From NCBI GenBank assembly GCA_951406725.2, contig OX597835.1:124001-188000 (forward strand): a DNA stretch of 64,000 bases, in the 5' to 3' direction. Below the pieces are notes generated by a model. It made no database searches. It was not told where the DNA came from and saw only the letters and a list, made by a program, of their open reading frames with translations. A program made the position numbers and the translations under genes. Position 1 is the first letter of the stretch. Each line of letters opens with the position of its first letter. This document shows positions 27,792 to 41,321 of this stretch, one piece after another. The stretch comes from Octopus vulgaris. Taxonomy: Eukaryota.

Positions 27792-28774
27792 ATTTATCCT
27801 CACCAATAATCAAAACACTATTTATTCTGATAGCCCTGGTAAATGTCACTTTAATCAACCAACTGACGCACATGCTTGCTTTAAGATTAGCTGTTTGTTT
27901 TCTTAAGCACCGTGTATTGGATTAAGGCAAAAATAAGCTGTAAATTACTAGAATCTACACTGATTTCTTCCCATACAGTTAGGTTCACTCTGCTGTCTTT
28001 GTCTCTCTTTTCTTCTCTTGTGTTTTCTTCTTATATAATTCTGTTACTTGCAGTGTCCTCCAAAACATTTTCTTCTTTCAACCATTTTGTTCTCCGTGGC
28101 TATCACCGAATCTGGGTTATCACACATGTTTACTTTATGGAAGTTAAAATTCATACCAACTCGAACTCGAATGTTCATGCAGGAATTTCGAAAACAAATG
28201 CCAAGAACACTGTTTCTGTGTATGTGTGTATGAGAGAGAGAAAGATAGAGATATTCAGTTTGTGTTGCATTTTTCTATAAAATATTTTGACGAATTGATC
28301 GCAATTTTTATCTTTGAAATTCTACTATTTGATTTCTTTTTGATTTCGTAATTAATTTCTTTGTCAAACTCAAATATTTGAACAGAGTTTTGCAAATTAT
28401 TATTTCTGATAAAGGTTACAGTTGCGAAAAGGTAAACATAGTGAATCAGATACGACACTCGGTTTCGATTTCCAGTTGAAACCATTTAAAATTACGGTAC
28501 AGATCTTCGAAAATGAACGAACACACACGTCCTTCTCGTCATCTCTTTTTGTCATTGACAGTAACTAACCAAACGAGCTTATTGCACACAGTGAATGCCG
28601 ACACAAGTGCGTGCTCCACGTCTTTGTTGCCCCACAACTTCCATAATAAATAGATATTCTTTCATGAAATTTTCTACAAATACGTTTCAAGTGGTGTAAA
28701 TTCCGATTATATGGGAATTTTTTGTGAAAAGGTATTTTCTAGGATAGAAAGAGGAACTTCAGAAAAATAGTATG

Positions 28775-29092
28775 TAGAGCGTCAGACTCACAATCATGAA
28801 ATAGTGAGTTCGATTCCTGGCCAGGCTGTGTGTTATGTTCTTGAGCAAGACTATTTCACTTTGCTCAGTTCACTCAGCTGTAGAAATGAATTGCAACATC
28901 ACTGATGCCAAACTGTCTCAGCCTTTACCTTTCCCTTGGATAACATTGGTGGTGTGGAGAGGGGAGGCTGGTATGCATGGGTGACTGCTGGTCTTCCATA
29001 AACAAGTTTGCCTGGACTTGTGCCTCGGGAACGAACTTTCTGGGTGCTATCCCATGGTCATTCATAACCAAAGCAGGTTTTTACCCTTTACC
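28775..29092 (+). mobile_element. tRNA-derived SINE
   Basis: B-box GAGTTCGATTCC followed by GTGTTATGTTCTTGAGCAAG; a similar head occurs at about 47303-47395. Confidence 0.65.
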
Positions 29093-31645
29093 CATGCCTG
29101 ACATGTACACACATACCTGCTTTCAAAATTTTCTTCAGATTTAAATGCTGTGAACTCCTGAGATAATGATTCCATACAAAAAAAAAATTTCCAAATCTCA
29201 TTTTTTAAATAAAATTTTGCCCTTACCTCTTCCTTTCATCATTTTAAAAATTAAAGAGTTTTTTTTTTTTTTTTATAAGGTGAAAAAGTTGGCAGTACAA
29301 TTCGAGAAAATTTTATATTTTTAATTTCAAAATAATTTTTGAAATTGAAAATCAGAAAATTACACACATGTGGCACAAGGCAAATAACAGCTTTATTTTA
29401 TGAGACAAAAGAAACCAATTTCTCTTTCCGCTGCTCCAGCCCAAGAAGTGTGGAATGTAATGTTAAAGCATTTCTCAGTTTTGTTGTTGCCACTGCCTTC
29501 TGCTGGTCAATTGCAGGTTACTTCTTCCATTAGATTTGGCACTATCCTACAATAGTTAATTGTCCCAAGATAATAAGAATAACGATCTGCTTTGCCACTT
29601 GATGCATTTTTGCATCAGATATATTTTACCACTTAGTCAGTGAGAAAGGGCAGCATCCATGACAGAGCCTCCCATAACTGATGCGAGTAAATTATCCTCG
29701 AATCAGAAATCTGGCCTGAAAACCTGCAATACAGTGGACTTTGTTAAAGGCACTCAAAGACCAGGTGGTGGTGTTAAACTGGGAAGCAGGTCAGATCTTG
29801 TCTGACATCCTAATCATCATCATCATCATCGTTTAACGTTCACTTTCCATGCTAGCATGGGTTGGACAGTTCGACCAGGGTCTGGAAAGCCAGGAGGCTG
29901 CACCAGGCCCAGTCTGATCTGGCAGTGTTTCTACAGCTTGATGCCCTTCCTAACGCCAACCATTCCATGAGTGTAGTGGGTGTTTTTTATATGCCACTGG
30001 CACAAGTGCCAGGCGAGGCTGGCAATGGCCATGATCGGTTGGTGCTTTTTACATGCCACCGGCATGGAGGCCAGTCAAGGCGGTGCTGGCAACAGAATCT
30101 TATATTGGTACCTTACTTTATTGATCCCTAGATGATAAGAAGTAAAGTTGCTTTCGGTGAGATTTGAACTCAGAGCTCAAGGCACCAAAGGAAATAATTC
30201 AAGGCATTTTGCCCTATACTCAAAAAACATAAATGTTACAACTTATGAGATGATATCCTAATATTTTTTGCACATTGCTTGTTTGTTTTATTTTTTTTTA
30301 TAAAGTTATCTTGCCTGAAGAGAAAGAACAGAGCCCATGACCTGGCAGTTACAAACTGGTGATATTCAACTTGGATTTCTGTAAGGTAAACATGGTACAT
30401 GGAAAGAGCTAAATTTGGTTTATAAATCTGGGGAGGAAATGATGGACAACAGGCTTTCGGGTTTAAGTGGAGTTGAGACACAGTAGGAGAGAGGAGAATA
30501 GGTCATTATTGGTGTTGTTTTTTAGCCTCAGGTCAATATTAAATGACCAAGCATATGATCAAAGGTAGATTTGGTTGTTATTTCCAACAGGCTGAGCAAC
30601 AACCTGAATTAACACAAGATTATATATGACCCAAGTGAGGTATGTAGAATCAAGTTTACTGTTCAAATACAAACAAAATGCTTGTAAATTTGAACCTAAG
30701 ATGTTTAAACTGATAGTTCAATAACCATAACCGACCAAAGCCTTGTGAGTGGATTTGGTTGACGGAAACTGAAAGGCCCCCATCATATATATGTTTGTGT
30801 CTCTGTGTTTGTCCCCCCTCCCCCCAACATTGCTTGACAACCGATGCTGGTGTGCTTACGTCCCTGTAACTTAGCGGTTTGGCAAAAGAGACCGATAGAA
30901 TAAATACTAGGCTTCCAAAGAATAAGTCCTGGGGTCAATTTGCTTGACTAAAAGCGGTGCTCCATCATGGCCACAATCAAATGATTGAAACGAGTAAAAG
31001 AAAAAGAGAGAGAGAGACTAAGTTAACCTTTATAAGATTTGAACTTAGATCTCAGAGATTAGGAATGACTACCACAAAGCATCTTGTTTTGTCCTCTAAT
31101 GTCTCTGTAAAACACACTGCCAGCATAAGAAGAGTTGAAATGGCTTGACCTAACAAGTACAGTTGATTCACCAAAGAATTTCATCTTTTATTTTATGCTG
31201 TTTACTACATAGAGTAGCTTAAAACAATTAATGCCAGACATTATAGACTGAATTGCTGTCGACCGAATAAAATGGCATAAAGTACAATGAAAAATGTGAT
31301 GAAATATTGTAAATAGATAATCCCCGAGAGGATTGCTTCACAGCAATGACTAACCACAATATTAATCAAGATAGTCTTTATGCTTTATTCATAATAATAA
31401 TCACCAGCACAAAGTCTGGAATATCTTTAAGGAGAGCACAGTCATTTAAATATGCTCCAGTATAGATACTGGTGCTGACTTATCAGAGATATGAAATGCA
31501 AACCTGACTGACTGGACTTGAGCTCAGAATATAAGCAGCAAGATATTTTGTCCAGATTCTGCCATCCAATGACCTTTACAATTAATAATAATAATAATAA
31601 TAATAACAATAACAATAACAACGATAATAATAATAATAATAATAA

Positions 31646-32011
31646 TGTGGAACCTGAAGACTAAAACAATACCTGTTGTCATAGGTGTCCTGGGAATGAT
31701 AGCGAAAGGAGCTGATTGCTACCTAACTCAGATACCAGGAAACCCCAAAATGGCAGAAATTCAAAAGATAGTGCTCATGGGAATTGCTCATATCCTATGC
31801 AAAATACTCTCTATGTAATCTCAAGGTTTAAAACAAACTTTTTTTTTTTAAATTTATTTATTAGACATTCACTAGTACAACACAAAAAACCCCCAAATAT
31901 ATGGCACACTAGGCATAACAACAACGTGAACTTCCAACCTGTTGTCTCTTGAGGTCTCTGGGTGAGACTTGGAGCCAACTTGTACAAACATAAAGCAAAA
32001 GTCAAACATAG
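31646..32011 (+). mobile_element. R4/Dong-clade LINE 3' end inside (AAT)n
   Basis: WNLKTKTIPVVIGVLGMIAK...IQKIVLMGIAHILCKILSM*; (AAT)n on both sides. Confidence 0.75.
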
Positions 32012-32569
32012 AATAATAATAATAATAATAATAACAACAACAATAAATGCCCTGATGCAATACCAAGCAGTGGTCCTCATGGCTTTTGATCTTAACTGAT
32101 TGGAAATGTTATCATGTACATGTTTTGTACTGATGTAAAAGATAGGCTACAGCAAATATTCTGTTCAGTACCACAGATTTGCTTGTCATTTGCTTCACTT
32201 TAACTAATTGAGCATGTCTCTTGGTGGCTGACAGTGTGGGCATCTCTCATCATGAGCAGTGTAGTTTATGTAAATCAGAAGAAGAAAGTGTTACTCGTTT
32301 AGTTAGTGAATATAGTATGCTGACACAGAATACAAAAAAGAAAAAGACATGACAACCTAGGGAGAATAATCAACTGAGAGTCATGTAGAAAGCTGGGAGT
32401 TGACCATACTGGTAAATGATACAAATGTGAACCTAGTAAAGTGCTGGAAAGTAAGAAGTTTAAGATGTAGGGTTTTAATATTCAGATTGAGTAATAGAAG
32501 CTGGAAGGCTTAATTTAGTAGTAGTAGACAAGGAGAATAAAAAGTGCCAGGTAATTACCTTTACAGTTC

Positions 32570-32872
32570 CAAAAGATGAAAAGTAAAGAGAAAATAGCAA
32601 AGTATGAGGACCTAGCCATTGAGTTACAGAGGCTATGGGAAGTGCGAGTAAAGTGTATCCCAGTAGTTATAGGTGCATTGGGAACTATCTCTAAAGATTT
32701 GAACAGATGGATAGAGGAAACAGGCATGAATCCTAGTTTAGTGCAGCACCAGAAAACAGTGTTATTAGGGACAGATAGAATATTTTGGAAGGTCCTTGGC
32801 ATCTAAGATTAGTTGTTGTAGCCTGATGTTAGGAATTTTTCCCAACAGTCTAATCTGTTGTGCATAAATGAA
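32570..32872 (+). mobile_element. R4/Dong-clade LINE 3' end
   Basis: EKIAKYEDLAIELQRLWEVRVKCIPVVIGALG...QKTVLLGT.RI..KVLGI*; followed by (AAT)n. Confidence 0.8.
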
Positions 32873-32889
32873 ATAATAATAATAATAAT

Positions 32890-33510
32890 GATCCTTTCTA
32901 CTAAACGCGCAAGGCCTGAAATTTGGGGGGAGGGGACTAGTTGATTACACCAACCCCAGTATTTCACTGGTACTCAATTTATCAACCCTGAAATGATGAA
33001 AGGCAAAGCTGACCTCAGCAAAATTTGAACTCAGAACGTAAAGACGAATAAAATGCTGCTAAGCATTTTGCCTGGCATGCTAATGATTCTGCCAGCTCAC
33101 CACCTTTGGTGATAATAATAATAATGGCTTCAAATTTTGCCACAAAGGCAGCAATTATGAGGGAGGGGATGAGTCAATTACATCGACCCCGAAAGGATGA
33201 AAGTCAAACCAACCTTTGTGGAATTTGAACTCGGAATGTATAGGCAAAATATTGCTCAGCATTGTGCCCAGCATGCTAATGGTTCTGTCAGCTCACAGCC
33301 TTAATAATAATAATGATGATGATGATGATGATTATAATGATAATAATAACCATTTGAAATTTTGGCACAAATCCAGCAATTTTGTGGGGAGTAGGCTAGT
33401 CGACTACATGGACTTCAGGACTTGATTAACACAGTATTTCATCAGTACCAGGTAGATGAAAGGCAATGTTGACTTTGGTGAAATTTGATCTGAGAATATA
33501 AAGAGTGGGA
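32890..33510 (-). mobile_element. Three tandem copies of a tRNA-derived SINE with a Meta-like central domain (other copies near 23340, 24790, 30095)
   Basis: Repeated GATGAAAGGCAAAG..GAC.T...AATTTGAACTC; copies are separated by (AAT)n/(GAT)n. The domain name is from recall. Confidence 0.65.
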
Positions 33511-33960
33511 AAAAAAAACCATGACTATTTGTCCAGTGATCTAGTGAAGTGGCCAAATGAGTTTTGTAGACTCTTTCCCACTCTCTTCAAACTAAATCCA
33601 TGATGGGATTTGAAATTAGTCCTGTAACTCAACAAAATGTTTATGCTTTTGTTTATAGTGTAGAATCACATCTCATGATACCTATTTTCACTTCCCAGCC
33701 ACATGGTTTCAAGTTCAGTCCCAAAGCATGGCACTTTGGACAAGTGTCTTCTAATATATCCTCAGGTTACCATTACACAAGTATGTTATTTTTTCCAATC
33801 TCCCATGAAAACATGTCTGGCCAAGGGGGGATATTACCTTGTTTGGAAACAGATAGAAGTTGGTTATAGGAAGAATATCCAGCCAGAGAAAATTTGCCTT
33901 TGATGAACTCTGTCTGACATGGAAAAGTCAACATTAAAAAGATAATGACAACAGTAATGA

Positions 33961-34096
33961 TTAACCTTTAGCACACTGTAGTGCATCATGTCATCATATG
34001 AGTTTCTTCCCCACTCAGATCAAAACAATGTGCCTGAAGCTACAGGGGAGAAAACTCACACAGTGTCATGTTGTGCCTAAGCATGCTGAAGGTTAA
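33961..34096. mobile_element. Small TTAA-flanked MITE
   Basis: TTAACCTTTAGCA...TGCTGAAGGTTAA plus internal inverted segments (TGAGTTTCTTCCCC / GGGGAGAAAACTCA). Confidence 0.65.
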
Positions 34097-35242
34097 TTTC
34101 GCTATGGAATTAGTGAAGGGCTGGTGACACAAAGTAGTGATCCCATTGAAAGGTATCTAACAAAGATACCAAGCTCTGTCTGTGGAATGTAAATAATGTA
34201 AACACTGTTACATTTTAAACCTGAGAAAAGTCTTGCATAGTTTTACTATTCTGTTTTCAGGTTGTATTTGTAATGTACGAATCAGTTGGTTGATTTCTTT
34301 TTCTGAAAACCCAAGCTTATCCAGATGTTAGGCATTTACTTACAAAACCAAATGCTCCAATTATTATTGGTATGAATGTAAATTTGTAACCTGGATATAG
34401 ATGTTGGAGCTTTTGAAGCAGTTGGCCATAGTTATCTTCTTTCTCTTTGATTTTCAAAGAGATATTTACGTCAGCAGGACAGCTTACCTGTATGATGTAT
34501 GTATGTGTGTGGTGTATTTGTGCTTGTGCGCATGTGTGGAGATGTCTTTGTCTGCATGTTTATCCACACCTCTACTACTTACAACCTTTGCAATATGACA
34601 AAAAGAGACTGGCAGAATAAGTACCAGACTTAAAGACTGGAGTTGATTTGTTTGACTAATCCTACACAGTGGTGGGCCAGCATGGCTAAAGTCTGATGAC
34701 AGAAACCCAATGGACATATATTTATGTGTAGTTTATAGTGCTGCATTTAAATCTTTTTATATCAACCCACCTGAGATCACCTCTGGTTCTATGCGAAAAA
34801 CTTAGAAGTGGTCTAAAAATTTGGAAGTCATCTAAAACCATGGAAGTGGTCTAAATTTAAACCTTCTCCAAAATTTCATGTCAATTTTTGATCCAAAGAA
34901 CCAGCTTAATAATGTCAAAGTCAGTTTAGTAAATTCTTGATTTATTTTCAAAATTAATTTAAATAAACACAGTGTATTATTCCAACCGAAATATGGTCAC
35001 AAAAGGGTTAGTATTTTTTATCTTTTACTTGTTTCCGTCACTAGGTTGTGGCCATGCTGAGGCACCGCCTTGAAGAATTTTAGTCAAACTTATCAACCCC
35101 AATACTTACTTCTTTTTGTAAAACATGGTACTTATTCCATTGGTCTGTTTTGTCAAACTGCTAAGTCACTAAGTTATGAGATGTAAACACACCAACACTG
35201 GTTGTCAAGTGGTAGTGGGGGGCAGGCGCATACAAACACACA

Positions 35243-35292
<50 letters not shown>

Positions 35293-36260
35293 CACAGAAT
35301 TTCCATCTATAAAATCCACTAACAAGGCTTTGGTAAGCCTGAGGCTTTAGTACAAGACACTTACCCAAGATGCCACCCAGTGGAACTGAACCCGAAACCA
35401 TGTAGCTGGAAAGCAAACTTCTTACCACACAGCCATGCTTGTACCTATATCTTTTGTAAAGTAGGAAATGATTTGCAGCACTAAAGCTCAATAAATATTT
35501 CATCAGAGTGGTCAGTGGCAGATAAACTGCTTTGTAGTAGCTTGTTATAATTCTCTACTTTCTGAGTTCAAATCCAGTTAAGTTTGATTTTTACTTTTAA
35601 TCTCTCTGGGATCAATAAAATCTTTTAGTCGAGCAAATCGCCCCCAGAACTTATTCTTTGTAAGCCTAGTACTTATTCTATCGGTCTCTTTTGCTGAACC
35701 GCTAAGTTACAGAGACGTAAACACACCAGCATTGGTTGTCAAGCGATGTTGGAAGGGACAGACACAAACACACAAACATATACATACACACATATACACA
35801 TATATATGCATATATACGATTGGCTCTGGAATCAATAAAATAAATACCCGTAATACACCAGTGTTGATTCGATTCACTACAACCCTGTCCCAACATTTAT
35901 GGCCATGTGCCAATGCTACAAATCAATATTTTATCATTTTGTTCTGTGTCGTTATTTTATTTATTTATTTTTTTTTTTTTTTCACAAATAGACATAACAA
36001 GTTTCTGTTGAAAAGTAAAGCACGAAAGGTGAGGGTGAGTGCAATCTGATTTTCTGCCAAATCATTTAACACAATTATTCAACAAATTTTATTTTAGTTT
36101 ATATTTATTATTTTTATTTGTTATTATCATTTATTTTCTGTATGTGTTTGATCAACAAAGTGCAGACTTCCAGTTGAATAAAAGATGGTTGTGTAGTGTT
36201 TTAGATAATGAAAGCTGGGTGTTAAAAACAAAAGGTTGGTAAGTTCAAGTTCTTAACTGG

Positions 36261-36306
<46 letters not shown>

Positions 36307-36487
36307 AGTTCCTGGTTTTGAGTAAAGGAAAATGTAGGAGGGTCAATTATGATGTTATTCAACATATTCCCGTCTCAGATTTATACACTTATCGCAGCAG
36401 TCCTTCAGGTTTTCTAACTTGGAAATCTGAGTCCCCAGCCAGGCTTTTGGCAATACCTTGAAAGCCAAGAACTTTTCAGCACCCCAT

Positions 36488-36533
<46 letters not shown>

Positions 36534-37459
36534 ACTGACCTTTAAATAAGGAAAAAAAAAAGAGAAACAGAAAAAGGCTACTGTTTGAAATAGGCTGACC
36601 TATAAAAAGGGTCATTGCAATGGGCAGGGGTCAGCCAATCTCAAATTGCAGTCCTTTTCTTTTTCTTTTTCTCTCTATCTAAAAGTTACTAACACTATAC
36701 TGTTCCTGTTGCACTCTTCTTGCATACACCTAAAGCTTCTTGCATGCACTTAAGTATTAGGCTAATTACATATTATATCAACCTGTACTGGGTAATAAAA
36801 TTCTATCCATCACCCAAACCACATTCCTTCGTATACACACATATAAACCCTGGCGTTAATAATTTCTCTTGCATTCTGATGATTTTAATATACAAAAGAA
36901 ATATAACCCTGCTAAGCTCCACCCACAAACATCTGGCTATCAGTTTGCAATAGAGAGACAACCGCTACTGTACTTCTTGTATTTCTCCAACTGGTAGTCT
37001 AAAGCCTGAAAGAGACGGGTTTCTGCTAGAGGTTTGTGAAACCTTAAGTCACATGGAGCCAAATCAAACTGTTTTAAACAATACACACACACACACACTC
37101 AGTATACCCTCCTCCCTCAACGTTAATGTTCCAATAATAAAAATAAATGAAAAATATGATACTGATTGTATGTGTGTGTGTGTGTGTGTGTGTTTGCTTG
37201 TGTGTAACTGTATGAGACTGTGTGTTTAAGTAGTTTGTGTGTGAATGTGTATGAGATCATGTGTGTTTGTGTACATAACTGTATGAGACTTTGCGTGCTA
37301 GTGTGTGTGTACATGCATGAGACTGTGTGTTTGTGTGTCTCCGCATAACCAGAAATAATCAAAGTATTATTTTACAAATTGTGAGCAAGAATATATGATA
37401 TAATGAAGGAAATTGTTGTATATGGTGCTCAGGTGTACTACAACTAAAAAAGAAAAAAA

Positions 37460-37720
37460 CATTAGGTATACTGTTGGCGGATTTCAGGAAGCATGGAAGT
37501 TTTGAAGGATGTAGTGTCTCGACAGCTAACAACCGATGTGGGTAGTTTATTCCATGCTTCAGTAATTCTGAGCATGAAAAAATGTTTCTAAAAGTCATGG
37601 GTGTTGTGTTACATTTTGATTTTATAAGCATGTCCACAAGTATTTGTCGTATGGAATTCAAAAATGTGCCCAAGGTTACTGTTGGAAAGATGGTGGATAA
37701 TCTTGTTTATAATAAACTTT
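37460..37720 (-). mobile_element. Old CR1-like LINE C-terminal fragment
   Basis: KIIHHL...TCGHAYKIK...KHFFMLRITEAWNKLPTSVV...SFK resembles the CR1 RGH..K...FF..R....WN.LP motif. Confidence 0.7.
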
Positions 37721-38084
37721 ATTTTACATTTCTTGCCCACAAGAGATTATGTCTGATCTTTAGCGTACTGCTGTATGTCTTCTCAAACCACAATCACAGG
37801 AAAAGTTGTTGATAAGAATTACCAACAAAAACAAAGCTGATAAATACACACAGGTATTGCAAATTAAGTTTAATTACCAATAAACATCAGTTTGAATGAC
37901 ACTTTACGCAACCGAGTAAAATATGTAAAATATGGCCTGGACCATGATTACCAGCATGAACGTCAGACTTCAAAAAGTAGTTAACCATTTAATGGTTTTA
38001 GTAAATTTATACAGAAAAAGTAAATATTATACAATCTAGCATAAATAAAAGTCAATTTCATTATATTTAAGCCATTATTTTTTT

Positions 38085-38274
38085 CTGTAAAAACCTATTC
38101 TGACATTAAATGAGTCAACTTCCTATACAAATGTTTACGTATTGTATGTTTTTTTAAAACAAAAATAATTTCTAAAAATATTCTAGAAACGACCTACTCA
38201 TGTAATTTACACATCCACTAAAATTTATTTTTATTTTTGTGGAAAAAGTGCATAAATTACATGGGTTTTTACAG
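38085..38274. mobile_element. Possible short MITE
   Basis: 11-bp inverted ends CTGTAAAAACC / GGTTTTTACAG around an AT-rich interior. Confidence 0.3.
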
Positions 38275-39008
38275 TAATTACATTCACTTCACTACATATC
38301 TTTGAAGATATTTAATTAAGTAAATGCTAATGTGGTAAGTATGATGACTCGAAATACACAGAGTATAAGCACAAGCACAACTGTGTGGTTCACTTCCCAC
38401 TCGTGAGGTTTTGGGTTCAGTCCTTCTGCATGGCACCTAAAAGTCCTGTAAGTGGATTTTGTAGACAGAAATAGACCTGTTGGGGCAAGTGAAATCGGAA
38501 TCGAAATTGAACCAATCCTATGACTGGCACCCGGCAGATGCCAGGACCCCTGGACTGGAGATACGTAAAAAGCACTACCCGAATCGTGGCCGATGCCAGC
38601 GCCGCCTCGACTGGCTTCCGTGTCGGTGGCACGTAAAAAGCACCATCCGAATCGTGGCCGAAGCTAGTGCCGCCTCAACTGGCTTCCGTGCCGGTGGCAC
38701 GTAAAATGCACCAATCCGACCGTGGCCGATGCCAGCCTCGCCTGGCACCAGTGCAGGTGGCATGTAAAAAGCACCCACTACACTCACGGAGTGGTTGGTG
38801 TTAGGAAGGGCATCCAGCTGTAGAAACATTGCCAGATAAGACCGGAGCCTGGTGCAGCCTTCTAGCATGGAGAACGGACGTTAAACGATGATGATGATGA
38901 TGATGATGTATAGTTAAAGTTAATCCAAACAAGAAAGCACAAAAAAACACAACACTGCGAGGACATGGAACAAATATAGTATTATTGGACGCTCAGGAAA
39001 GATGGAGG

Positions 39009-39043
39009 GTTTAACGTTTCGAGCAGAGCTCTTCGTCGGAAAC
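39009..39043 (-). ncRNA. Minimal type I hammerhead-ribozyme-like motif in a Penelope-like remnant (about 38912-39085)
   Basis: RNA: GUUU-CCGACGA-A-GAGC-UCU-GCUC-GAA-ACGU-U-AAAC. Stem I is GUUU/AAAC, stem II is GAGC/GCUC, and palindromic ACGU replaces stem III. Confidence 0.55.
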
Positions 39044-39081
39044 ATAGGAGAAGGAAAAACCCAGAGAAGGGAAGACAGAGG

Positions 39082-39122
<41 letters not shown>

Positions 39123-41277
39123 CATTCCAATGTGAGGATGTACTCATATAAGGTTGAAAACAACCTAGTTACACTGGTTATCATACCTTATATATCTACC
39201 AGAAAATCTCATCGATATAAATGGGTATATTAAAAATTTAGAATCTAAAAAGAAGAAAATAGAGAATATATAGATATAAAATTACTTTATTGACATATAG
39301 TTAATAAAAATAAAAATGCTTACAATTTGTAAGTTGGTACTCTTCAATTACTATCGCAAACAGCAGTAGCCTTCTTCAACTGAATACACATCGTTGATTG
39401 GTTAAAATTACCCAAATACAACAACTTTAACACAAAATAACTTCTAAAATATGAAATTTTGTCAAAAATGTTGAAAGTAAACCGTGTTCAGCATAAGAAA
39501 TTACACCAGTATATGAAGTTTCAAACTGTTTAGTTAAAAAAAAAATTATAAAATCTGTGAGTGAAACTGAACAGATCCAGAGATTGTGCTGATAAATTTT
39601 CATATTTAGTTATCAGTCAAAGAAAAGTTGCTTACTACATGGAGAATATGGGCGTCATTGTTGGTTAGTAAAACATACTGTTCTTGCTGTTGACATTGTA
39701 TGGCACAGGTCTTCCTTGACTAAACCCATGGAATGCATAGACATTCCAACCATGATCATCCTGTCTTTATAGGGATATCCAGAACTACTTTATCCAGTGT
39801 ATCCTTTGATTTTTAAGATGTTTTAGTATGCAATCTGAAAGTGATTTGAGTGCTATTTCTTGAGACTCCTTCATTGGTTCATAAAGCATATTGTTGTTTA
39901 AACATATTGTGTACATTCCATCAAATGTCACTAGCATTCAGAGAAGACAATTTGTTATTCAAATATTTTGAATATATTATATCCAGAGTATGGTAACCTT
40001 TATTATTCATGGAAGGGGATTTCAAATTTGATTTTGACTTTTTCACTTATATTTCATTCCTGTTTGCCGCTTTGTGGGTTGACAACTTGGAAAACAAGGT
40101 CAAAGCAGGAATATTATTTTAACACTAAGTACAGACATTGCTCACAGGTGTGGCTGTGTGGTTAAGAAGTTTGCTTCCTAATCAAGCGGTTTTAGGGGTT
40201 CAGTTCCATTGCATGACACCTTGAGCATCTTCAGCAAATTTCTTTTATAGTCCTGGGTTGACCAAAGCCTTGTGAGTAGATTTGGTAGACAGAAAATGAA
40301 AGAAGCTCATTATATTGTGCTGAGTCAAAAGTTCTGCAATATTTCGGTCACTTATTTGCTTTATCTATCAGTTAAAACAAACGCAGCCTAGCATTCAATG
40401 TAGAGACCATCACGTTGAACAGTCTAAAGCCACCTTTCTACCTGTTTGTTGATCCAACACTGATACCAGTTCTTGTCCTTTAACAAGTTAAGCGAATTTG
40501 ATGAGAAACATCATCCAAGCATGTATGAAGGGAGTTGAAGAAGGAGTTAAGTAAGGGTTAGGCTTAGTATTTTCACTCTATAAAAATGTCAGTGTTATTG
40601 ACGGAGGCAAACGAATTCCCAGTCTATAAAGACCCAAACAGAGCAAATTTATTGTCCTTTTTTTTAAGGAGAAACAAAAACAAAAGAAAAATTAACAAGT
40701 GACTTTTGCACCAGCTAACCTCATTTATAAAATTCCTTTCAGTTTTCTTAATCTAAGCTTTAAGTGTACGTGAAGCAGAGAGCATAACTATCTGGACTCA
40801 TATAGTACCAGACAACCAGAAAAATGGTGAAAGGTTTGTATCCTGCCACTAATACTTCTTGCTATAAATAGTGCTTGTTGTAAGGTTACAATGGCAAAAG
40901 ATTTAATCTACCACTCAATCTAAGATCTCCACTCAGCTCTTGAATGCTTTAATCATCCACTACTCTGTTGCCATCATTCAGACCAAGTCTCAACTCTAAG
41001 GATATTACGAGCTTCCTTTACTTCCTATCAATCTCAGAACCCTCAAAAGGGTCGAAGGCTTTACCCTTAACCCTTTGATGAAGCACCATGAAAAAAAGAA
41101 AATTCATTAACAGCCATAGGCGTAGGAATGGCTGTTTCGTAAGTAGCTTGCTTACCAACCACATGTTTCTGGGTTCAGTCCCACTGTGTGGCAACTTGGG
41201 CAAGTGTCTTCTACTATAGCTTCATGCAGACCAAAGCCTTGCGAGTGGATTTAGTAGATGGGAACTGAAAGAAGCCG

Positions 41278-41321
<44 letters not shown>

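Noticed and set aside
29400-29800. Unique, coding-looking stretch
   Set aside because: Stops in the frames I tested and no recognisable motif or consistent splice pair.
34261-34369. Exon-like segment (TTCTGTTTTCAG acceptor, TTG|GTATGA donor)
   Set aside because: Stops in all three frames; it could only be non-coding, and there is no further support.
37359-37812. ORFs 37359..37673 (-) and 37582..37812 (+) as novel genes
   Set aside because: Explained as alternative frames of a decayed CR1-like LINE end.
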